This document shows, in pieces, positions 1 to 7,028 of a stretch of DNA of 64,000 nucleotides. Origin of the DNA: an uncultured virus (IMG/VR IMGVR_UViG_3300025789_000033) (Duplodnaviria; Heunggongvirae; Uroviricota; Caudoviricetes); the IMG/VR virus record IMGVR_UViG_3300025789_000033; one strand, written 5' to 3'. The stretch's first letter is position 1. Each line of letters starts with the position of its first letter. The notes under the pieces were generated by a model. That model was not told the origin of the DNA and ran no database searches. It saw nothing but the letters and a program-made list of their open reading frames with translations. The translations under genes were made by a program, and so were the position numbers.

Positions 1-242
1 CCAGGCTGTACTGATCCGGAGCAAAAAAGCCTGCCCATTTGTTCAACTTGACTAGACTTGTATATATTGGTGCCACCAAAATTAAGAAAAGCACCAGGAG
101 TAGTGGCTTGAGGAATATCCGTAGGCCCAGATAGAATTTGAACATTGTGTCCTGCCTTTCGTAAGAGAGCAGGTACATGGCGTTTCCATTCGCCAGTGTA
201 CCTTGTTTCTACAGCTTCTAAATCAACTAAGAATACGTTCAT
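1..242 (-). CDS. Glycosyltransferase (GT-B type), N-terminal part; gene runs off the left edge
   Basis: Not in the ORF track. Manual translation from the ATG at 242 gives MNVFLVDLEAVETRYTGEWKRHVPALLRKAGHNVQILSGPTDIPQATTPGAFLNFGGTNIYKSSQVEQMGRLF..., open to the edge. It resembles the N-terminus of phage GT-B glycosyltransferases as I recall them. Confidence 0.65.
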   Translation of the reverse strand, partial: MNVFLVDLEAVETRYTGEWKRHVPALLRKAGHNVQILSGPTDIPQATTPGAFLNFGGTNIYKSSQVEQMGRLFCSGSVQP

Positions 243-244
243 TA

Positions 245-493
245 TTATGCAGAAGCGTATTTAGGATTCTTGCCTTGATAAGGCTTGCGTTCACGAGTGC
301 CATCTGGACGCTTAGGTCTACGTGACTTTTCAAAGTTACGCCATGCCCAGCTTTCACGATTGTACAAATGACTTTCATCAAATGGAAACATTTCCAATCG
401 ACAAAAATCAAGATATGCCTCTAGATCATCAAAGATCTTAACTACGTCTGGGCGATTTTCAAAATATGAGTAGTCTTTGTAATTCTTAGCCAT
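245..493 (-). CDS. Hypothetical phage protein (82 aa, basic C-tail)
   Basis: ORF with an AAGGAAG RBS, tightly packed in the operon. Confidence 0.75.
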   Translation of the reverse strand: MAKNYKDYSYFENRPDVVKIFDDLEAYLDFCRLEMFPFDESHLYNRESWAWRNFEKSRRPKRPDGTRERKPYQGKNPKYASA

Positions 494-513
494 AATAGCT
501 TTCCTTGTTTATA

Positions 514-909
514 TCAATACTTAATAAAAGAACCATTTTCTCCGTCTTCGGAGACCTCAATCCAGATCTCACGATCCGGATACTTTTGTGAGATTTGAGC
601 ATATAAATCATCGCTCATCATCTCGCAACTTTTATAGTCTAGCGACAATACACCTTGTTCGCTAGAATACAACCTTTCAAGCCATCGCTTGAACTGTATG
701 AATTCCACATCTCGGTCGTTATGAGTAACTCCGAGCCATACCCTAAAGTGAAAGATATGGCGATGAGGAGTGCCAAGAAACGAAACGTCATAATAATCTC
801 CTGTTGCTAGGTTAGGGTCTGTTGCGGCGGCTGGGTAGCAATGAATGCCTTCCTTACGGAAAGTAACCCAGATCATTTTATTTGGTCGAATGTCTTGTCG
901 AATAATCAT
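514..909 (-). CDS. dpdL: QueD/PTPS-like T-fold protein, DpdL-like
   Basis: Motifs EGIHxYP, LGTPHRHIF (LxxxHRHxF), HNDRDVEF, SCE and C-terminal VSEDGENG. It is QueD-sized but lacks the CxxxHGH motif of true QueD. Confidence 0.65.
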   Translation of the reverse strand: MIIRQDIRPNKMIWVTFRKEGIHCYPAAATDPNLATGDYYDVSFLGTPHRHIFHFRVWLGVTHNDRDVEFIQFKRWLERLYSSEQGVLSLDYKSCEMMSDDLYAQISQKYPDREIWIEVSEDGENGSFIKY

Positions 910-1481
910 ACAGTTTCTTCAAAGAGTGAGTTGTAAGTTGATATAGCCATGTTTTCAAATGTTTTCATGTCTTCATCGCTTAGTCTAAAAGAATAGGACT
1001 TAGATTTTGGCAAATGCACTTGCTCAAAGTATCCATAAAAACCTTCGTATGGGGTATATCCAATATTTTCATTCATTGTAATTAATGTTTTAGCATTGTT
1101 ATATGCTTTCTCTATTAATGATTGAATGTGCGGAGCAGAAAAGTCGTAGACTCTTGCTTCAATAATTATACCATCTTTAATTTTAATTCTTAATTGTTGC
1201 TGGAATTTCTTCCATACATTTGAATTACGATAGTCATTGTTAATAATATCTTCAGGTTGCATATCAGCAATAGTTTGCGCACTAGTTGCCCCAACATCTC
1301 GAGTTTTTACTTCAAGACCGTAAACTAGTATATCTGCTCCACGACCTCGATTAATAGGAACACCCATGTATTCAAGCAAGTTTTCAACAGCTCTACCTGC
1401 ATGACCTCCAGCACTTGCTGGTACCGTTTTGCCAATTAATTGATTAGCAATTTTAAATACTTTAACTTTTGCCTTTATCAT
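906..1481 (-). CDS. PD-(D/E)xK endonuclease, MutH/Sau3AI/MvaI-BcnI-like
   Basis: GRAVENLLEYMGVPIN...ADILVYGLEVKTR gives the E...D...ExK catalytic arrangement typical of this family. 4-bp overlaps with both neighbours. Confidence 0.6.
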   Translation of the reverse strand: MIKAKVKVFKIANQLIGKTVPASAGGHAGRAVENLLEYMGVPINRGRGADILVYGLEVKTRDVGATSAQTIADMQPEDIINNDYRNSNVWKKFQQQLRIKIKDGIIIEARVYDFSAPHIQSLIEKAYNNAKTLITMNENIGYTPYEGFYGYFEQVHLPKSKSYSFRLSDEDMKTFENMAISTYNSLFEETV

Positions 1482-2002
1482 TTGATAATTTCATCATTCT
1501 TATATTGTGACCAGTCTGTAAACTTAGTTCGATCCATTAGCGTATGTAGACTGTGGGACCATACACCGGGATTAGTTGCCTTAAAATCTTTATCATCTAT
1601 TTTAAGCATTGTATTATAATTCCACAATTTAATGTAAGGAATTGGCACTCTTATTTGTGGAATAAAGTTACTATGATCGTTTAGTCCACCATCATTAAAT
1701 TCTTCCACAGCTGATAGCGGGATATCTAAACTGCACAGGTATCCATCACCTAGAAAGTATTCAATCATTTCTTCCCATTTCTTCCATCCGGCGTAGTCAT
1801 TGAATACTGGATTAAAACTATGGTTAGCTCCAAAAAAGATATGTCCACATTCATTTTTTACTGCATGAAATGCAATTTGATCAATCTCTTGGAGACCTGT
1901 AACAAACAGCGTTTTTAATCCATATGCAGGAGTATGTTCAACTTCAGTACCGACAAAGAATATAACTTTATCGCTTATACCAGTGGTGTAATCACGCTTC
2001 AT
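1478..2002 (-). CDS. Conserved-looking hypothetical protein in the modification operon
   Basis: 174 aa with motif-like segments GTEVEHTPAYG, HIFFGANHSF and DDKDFKATNPGVW. Confidence 0.8.
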   Translation of the reverse strand: MKRDYTTGISDKVIFFVGTEVEHTPAYGLKTLFVTGLQEIDQIAFHAVKNECGHIFFGANHSFNPVFNDYAGWKKWEEMIEYFLGDGYLCSLDIPLSAVEEFNDGGLNDHSNFIPQIRVPIPYIKLWNYNTMLKIDDKDFKATNPGVWSHSLHTLMDRTKFTDWSQYKNDEIIK

Positions 2003-2249
2003 TTGTGTTCTTTCCTTCTTCCCAATACTTAATCATACGAGTTACATCTTCCATACGTTCCTGTATAACATCAGGAGACGCACGTTCTAACATTTTTAGA
2101 TTGTGATAACTAGGATAATGCCTTAAGCACCAGCGAGCTTGCTCACGTATTTCTTTTGGAATACGTGGAGTTTTTTGAGGATTAAGCAAATCCGTTAGAA
2201 ACTGTTCTGTTCGTTGTATGCTTCTAAAGCGTTCGTCGGGCAATGTCAT
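1992..2249 (-). CDS. Small conserved phage protein (MTLPDER...LRHYP type)
   Basis: Start reassigned to the ATG at 2249, which removes the overlap with the upstream gene and lies directly behind a sigma70 promoter. Confidence 0.75.
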   Translation of the reverse strand: MTLPDERFRSIQRTEQFLTDLLNPQKTPRIPKEIREQARWCLRHYPSYHNLKMLERASPDVIQERMEDVTRMIKYWEEGKNTNEA

Positions 2250-2255
2250 ATATGC

Positions 2256-2284
2256 ATTATAACAATAGTTGTAAATAAAATCAA
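2256..2284 (-). promoter_or_regulatory. Sigma70-type promoter, probably giving a leaderless mRNA
   Basis: TTGATT-17 bp-TATAAT, then 6 nt, then the ATG at 2249. Confidence 0.7.
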
Positions 2285-3501
2285 TCGTTTTGGTCGAGTT
2301 CATCAAACAAAAACGGTGAACCTTTAAAATAATTATAGCCAAAGAATTCATCCATTCTAGATAAACTAAATCCTGAGAATAAAATGGGCGGTCCATTTGC
2401 AGGTAATCCCATATCATACGCACGTTGATTATATGCCATTAATTTCCTAAATTCAATATCTTGTGCTAGATTATCTTTTGAATTTTTACTAGCTTGTTGC
2501 CAAAATTCTGTATCAAATTTACTACCACCGTGGTAGATATAGTTAATAATGCGTTCTAAAGTTTGTGCCAATCGAACTTGTTCATCATTGGCTTGATTTT
2601 GATCCCATTGACCTGTAACATAGTTAAAAATTATAGTACATACATTAGTATAATGATTAATTGATGTAGCACTAATAGGTTCAAAGAAGATAGCACGATT
2701 ACCATTCTTGATAACTCTGTTATCAACTAGCTTGGTAGTATAATACGGTTTAAATTTGTACTCTTTAGTATCTAATCCATCTACGGTCACGTTCAGTAAC
2801 TCAGCCATATCAGCTTTTGCATCTTCAAGAGTGGTAATAGTATCATTAAATAAGTAGCCGTAGGTTTTTCTACTGGTCAACGGTATGCCAAACATCCATC
2901 CATTTTTAGTTGCAAAGTGTTCAGTATATTGAATAGGATCAAACTTATCAAGACTATGTACTAGACATCTATTTAGAATACTACAAGTACTCATATGATA
3001 GTCTTCAGAATAGTCTGTTGGAAATCCTCTGCAATCTACTACATAATCAAATTCTTCTGTAGTGCCATTTATTTCTACAATAGCTTTATCGGGATTATTA
3101 ATTAGATCAGTTACAGTACCTTCAATTACAGAAAACTTTTCAGGCCAGCACAGGTTTAATCTTTCAAATACAAATTCTTTCAATTTGAAATTATTAAAAT
3201 GTACTGCTACTCCGCCTTGCAGTAAGGGATTTAACCAATCTTTTTTTCGCCAGTTAATATACTTTGTTCCAAATTTAAGAGTACTATCTAATGATTCGGT
3301 ATCTTCGTACAGAGTGAATCGTGTACCTTTTTCTAATAAGGCAACAAATCCAGGATTGGTACTTTCACCAATTCCTAAAATAGGAATTGATGGGTCATAT
3401 AATGAAACAATTTCCCATTCATTACTAAGATTTGAACACAAATGAGATAAAGTCAGCACACCTGCACTGCCTACTCCTAGTACGCCAATACGCCTTTTCA
3501 T
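2281..3501 (-). CDS. Flavin-dependent tryptophan-halogenase-family protein
   Basis: GVGSAG FAD motif, GIGEST, STLKFG (candidate catalytic Lys region), DCRGF, GWMFGIPL (variant of WxWxIP) and FFEPISATSI. Confidence 0.8.
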   Translation of the reverse strand: MKRRIGVLGVGSAGVLTLSHLCSNLSNEWEIVSLYDPSIPILGIGESTNPGFVALLEKGTRFTLYEDTESLDSTLKFGTKYINWRKKDWLNPLLQGGVAVHFNNFKLKEFVFERLNLCWPEKFSVIEGTVTDLINNPDKAIVEINGTTEEFDYVVDCRGFPTDYSEDYHMSTCSILNRCLVHSLDKFDPIQYTEHFATKNGWMFGIPLTSRKTYGYLFNDTITTLEDAKADMAELLNVTVDGLDTKEYKFKPYYTTKLVDNRVIKNGNRAIFFEPISATSINHYTNVCTIIFNYVTGQWDQNQANDEQVRLAQTLERIINYIYHGGSKFDTEFWQQASKNSKDNLAQDIEFRKLMAYNQRAYDMGLPANGPPILFSGFSLSRMDEFFGYNYFKGSPFLFDELDQND

Positions 3502-5120
3502 TTTAATTGATCCTCTAATTCTTCTAACTTGCTAATTTGATCATCTGTAAACTCGCCGTCTTCCATTGACACAGTTTCATCAGTTGGATTAACTTCTTCA
3601 AATAGATTATTAAACATTGTATGTGAGTTTAATGTTTTCTTACCAGTAGCACCTCGAGTACCAATAATGCTCATCCAGAATCTGCTGTATTCTTCAACAA
3701 CTGCATCTGCTGTTCCGCGATCACTAGTAGCAAATATTGCTTCTACAACATCTTTAAAATATAGTCTGTCAAACTTTTCTTGTACTAGCATATTAGGACA
3801 GTTGCCTAGATCGTATTGACGATTAGCTTCTTGCACACTATTAACGTGCATCCACACGTTATGGCCCATCATAATCGCATAGGTAAAACTATCCCAGCTA
3901 GTACGTCCAACTTTACCAATTTTATTTTGATCAGGCATTATAATCCAATGTGCAGGATTATATGGATCTAAAATTGTGCCAGGTGTAACATTTGGATTAG
4001 GAGTACCTGCACCGTATATACAAATATCTTTTATTTGAACACCGTCCATGATTGGACTAGTTGTAAACTTAGAAAATATATTATCTTGTATTACTGCGTC
4101 TTGGAAGAGTCGTGTGTCTGTGGCATATTTTTTATCGTCTGCAGAAGCCTGCATACGGTAGACCCATTTTGTCCGATTGTCTGTTTCTGTGTTAGTGTAT
4201 ATTTGTCCGTTTGCAGTTGCAAGGAACGGACTTGCGCAATCAAAAGAGATGGTAAAGTTTTCATTATGGTATTTCCTAACAGCACGTTGAATATCGGTTA
4301 AAAGAACTGCCCACTCTAATTTAGAAGTTCCCAAGAAGTGCATCCAATCTTGCTGACCTTTTTCAAGAAGTCCATCAAATCTTAGTGCCACTAGACGTTT
4401 TAATGTCAAGTGTATATCACACATATTCTGTCCGCCCATACCCCAACCATTAAAATGCCTATCTCCATATTGCTTTGGATCGCAATATTTTTTCATGCGT
4501 TGATACCAATCTTCAGCATCAGTATGAGTTTCGCCTTGAAGAACATTTAAGAATTTACAATTGCCATTACGATTATTAACAAAGTAATCATTATTGATAT
4601 AAGTTCCTTGTACAGCTTCTGCATATGAACTAATACCAGTGGCCGCAACACCTGCAGGACTACGAGCAACCCAAGCAGGAATATCAAGACCCATGCCATA
4701 ATCCATTAGCGTATCCATCCAGGTTAGTACCTGTTGGCGCTTCTTCATTGCTTTTGGACAGTTAGGATCTTTCCAATCAGCGGGCCAAACACCTTTACCA
4801 ATCTGGAATCCACCTGAGTCACCTAATACCCAACTAGTAGCACGATTGCGATTACGGAACATGTCCTCGCTTTCGTCCGGCTTATTAAGATCTAAATTAG
4901 CATGTCCTGCTGAATACAAACAATGATCATAGTAAAATGCACCTTTGTCTGGATCTAGGTAATTAAGACTTTCAACACCGTTTTTAAAACTTGTAGGAAC
5001 GCGAGCCGGATCAACATAGTTGCTGTAGCGTTGTTTACCTACAAACGTAGAATAAAAGCCACTAGTTGCTGGTAAGAATACAGCATAGTCGTTTTGTGTT
5101 GCAGTTAAATTTTTATTCAT
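3498..5120 (-). CDS. dpdA: tRNA-guanine-transglycosylase-like protein; DpdA-family 7-deazaguanine insertase
   Basis: TGT barrel motifs in the correct order: DSGGFQ, LDIP, VLQG, GWGMGG, HFLG and FDCAS. No tRNA-TGT zinc site (CxCxxC) is evident. Confidence 0.75.
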   Translation of the reverse strand: MNKNLTATQNDYAVFLPATSGFYSTFVGKQRYSNYVDPARVPTSFKNGVESLNYLDPDKGAFYYDHCLYSAGHANLDLNKPDESEDMFRNRNRATSWVLGDSGGFQIGKGVWPADWKDPNCPKAMKKRQQVLTWMDTLMDYGMGLDIPAWVARSPAGVAATGISSYAEAVQGTYINNDYFVNNRNGNCKFLNVLQGETHTDAEDWYQRMKKYCDPKQYGDRHFNGWGMGGQNMCDIHLTLKRLVALRFDGLLEKGQQDWMHFLGTSKLEWAVLLTDIQRAVRKYHNENFTISFDCASPFLATANGQIYTNTETDNRTKWVYRMQASADDKKYATDTRLFQDAVIQDNIFSKFTTSPIMDGVQIKDICIYGAGTPNPNVTPGTILDPYNPAHWIIMPDQNKIGKVGRTSWDSFTYAIMMGHNVWMHVNSVQEANRQYDLGNCPNMLVQEKFDRLYFKDVVEAIFATSDRGTADAVVEEYSRFWMSIIGTRGATGKKTLNSHTMFNNLFEEVNPTDETVSMEDGEFTDDQISKLEELEDQLK

Positions 5121-5471
5121 TTAGATCCAATGTTGTGCTAGTACCATTAAGCTCAACCAAGCCCACATAGTATTAAATCCTACTAGCGTCGGCAATGCTT
5201 TTTTACGACTGGCCCAAATTAATGTTACGCTAGTTAATAGTGTTAAGTAATATAATTCCCAGATTTGAATACCAAAGATTAATCCGGGAATGATAATAAT
5301 AGCCTTTGCCCACCAGCTGACAAATTCTACAGTATTATAGGCAGTCCAATATTCTCGAGTAAACCACATACCGTAGCAATCTTTTATATTGCGCCAACCG
5401 GTATGTGTATAACATATTACTATTAATACTGCCCATAAGCCTACTGCTAATAATATTTGATCAGTAGTCAT
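5121..5471 (-). CDS. Small multi-pass membrane protein
   Basis: 116 aa, about four hydrophobic segments, Trp-rich, abutting both neighbours. Confidence 0.75.
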   Translation of the reverse strand: MTTDQILLAVGLWAVLIVICYTHTGWRNIKDCYGMWFTREYWTAYNTVEFVSWWAKAIIIIPGLIFGIQIWELYYLTLLTSVTLIWASRKKALPTLVGFNTMWAWLSLMVLAQHWI

Positions 5472-6202
5472 TATTTGCTCAATGCTGGTAAAATATAGTT
5501 GTATTCAGCAATACCGCTGTCTACAGTAATTTGCATAGCGCCTGAGTCTGAAATCTTCATAGACAAGTCACCTGGCAATGCCAAAATGCTTTGTACTTGT
5601 TGAACAGGCCAAGACAATGTTTGACGCAACTTACCAGTAATACCGCTTTGGAATGTAAATGATCCTGCGTGTGTGCTCGAGTCACCAAAGCTAAACACTA
5701 GATCACTGCCTTCAGTTTTAACTTGGAAACTTGTTTCTTCTGTATGTGCCGCGGCTTGATACTTCAGTTTCTGAATTGATGCAACTGTAGGCTCTACAGT
5801 AACGTCCCAACTAACGCCTTTGAACTTAACAGTTTTAAGTTTTTCATTAATAACTTCATTGTTCATGAAACGATAATCGTTTTGGAAGTCACCTGTTGCA
5901 TTTTGAAAATGCAAACCTGTTTGTACATCTTCTCCGTTGCGTTGTTGTGTAACAACATTAATGCCAGCACCTTCTTTGTACTCTGGGCACTTCAAGTGTA
6001 AGTCTAACTTGTTCAAGTTAGGCATACCAAATGTACCTTCAAAGTTCTCAATAGGCTTGTGTGTTTTTGCATTAAAGATAACTGAACGGTCTTCAGCCAT
6101 TGATTCGATTGCTGTTTCTTTATCTGTTGCTGATACTTTAACTAAAGGCAGGAAGCCCAAGCTGTGTGTATGTGCTACTAGGTCTTGTAAAAAGTCTTTC
6201 AT
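5471..6202 (-). CDS. Probable DNA polymerase sliding clamp (gp45/PCNA-like)
   Basis: 243 aa from MKDFLQ (GGAG RBS). Clamp-like size and C-terminal YNYILPA. It is near polB, and a clamp loader is present in the window. Confidence 0.6.
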   Translation of the reverse strand: MKDFLQDLVAHTHSLGFLPLVKVSATDKETAIESMAEDRSVIFNAKTHKPIENFEGTFGMPNLNKLDLHLKCPEYKEGAGINVVTQQRNGEDVQTGLHFQNATGDFQNDYRFMNNEVINEKLKTVKFKGVSWDVTVEPTVASIQKLKYQAAAHTEETSFQVKTEGSDLVFSFGDSSTHAGSFTFQSGITGKLRQTLSWPVQQVQSILALPGDLSMKISDSGAMQITVDSGIAEYNYILPALSK

Positions 6203-6222
6203 ATGATTCTCCATGTTGTGTT

Positions 6223-6250
6223 ATTATATAGGTTTTTTTGACTATGTCAA
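6223..6250 (-). promoter_or_regulatory. Sigma70-type promoter for the clamp-dpdA-halogenase operon
   Basis: Perfect TTGACA-16 bp-TATAAT. The -35 lies inside the inverted repeat TTGAC-ATA-GTCAA. Confidence 0.75.
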
Positions 6251-6253
6251 TGA

Positions 6254-7027
6254 TTATTTTCTTATTTTGTTGTTGTATTTCACCACTTCTTCTACAACGG
6301 TTATAGGTGTATTTAGGTTTTGCGCATACTTTATGAAGGCATTTGTGTCTTTAGGAAAACAAGCACCACCAAATCCAAAACTACCATCGGGTCCGGGAAC
6401 ATCCATATGGCTCAACCCAATTCTAGTATCTGCAGAGACTAACTGCTTGACTACTTGATAGTCAGCACCATTAGCTTGGCATATTTCATAAATTTGATTA
6501 AAGAACGCAACCTTTGTACTTAAGAAATTATTAATTGCGTATTTGACCATACTAGCTTCGGTAATACTGCATGGCAAATAAAACTCGCATTTCTTAAGAG
6601 CAGGCCCAAACAACGTTTCCCAGAATTGATTTACATCTTCGCCGCCGATAATCATGTATTCTTGATTTAGGAAATCTTCATTAGCAGTTGCCGCACGTAA
6701 AAACTCTGGGCTATAACAAATATTATGATTAGGATAATCAATTACTATTTGTGATAGTTGATCAGGTGGTACAGTTGACTTAATTAATATTGGCAAATTT
6801 TCTGGAGCATTTTCTAATACTGCCCGAATCTGTGAATCGTCACATACTCCGTTTGGTAAACTAGGAGTACCAACACATACAATAATACCTTTTGCTGTTG
6901 GAAAATCTGCAATGGTATTTGTATTGTACGCTGGGTCAATTATATTAATAGTGTGTATGTCTTTAAGACTATTCCAAACGGCTTTGCCTACAAAGCCGTA
7001 TCCTGCAAGTGTAATTTCTGTGGTCAT
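6254..7027 (-). CDS. ugd: UDP-glucose/GDP-mannose dehydrogenase family protein lacking the C-terminal domain
   Basis: Motifs GYGFVG, VCVGTP, IKSTVPP, SPEFLR, KYAINNFLSTKVAFFN and GFGGACFPKD. Start reassigned to MTTEIT; 257 aa. Confidence 0.85.
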   Translation of the reverse strand: MTTEITLAGYGFVGKAVWNSLKDIHTINIIDPAYNTNTIADFPTAKGIIVCVGTPSLPNGVCDDSQIRAVLENAPENLPILIKSTVPPDQLSQIVIDYPNHNICYSPEFLRAATANEDFLNQEYMIIGGEDVNQFWETLFGPALKKCEFYLPCSITEASMVKYAINNFLSTKVAFFNQIYEICQANGADYQVVKQLVSADTRIGLSHMDVPGPDGSFGFGGACFPKDTNAFIKYAQNLNTPITVVEEVVKYNNKIRK

Positions 7028-7028
7028 A

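Noticed and set aside
3498..5120. Ordinary tRNA-modifying Tgt
   Set aside because: It is too long and divergent, lacks the CxCxxC zinc site and sits among DNA replication genes. DNA- or nucleotide-level action is more likely, though unproven.
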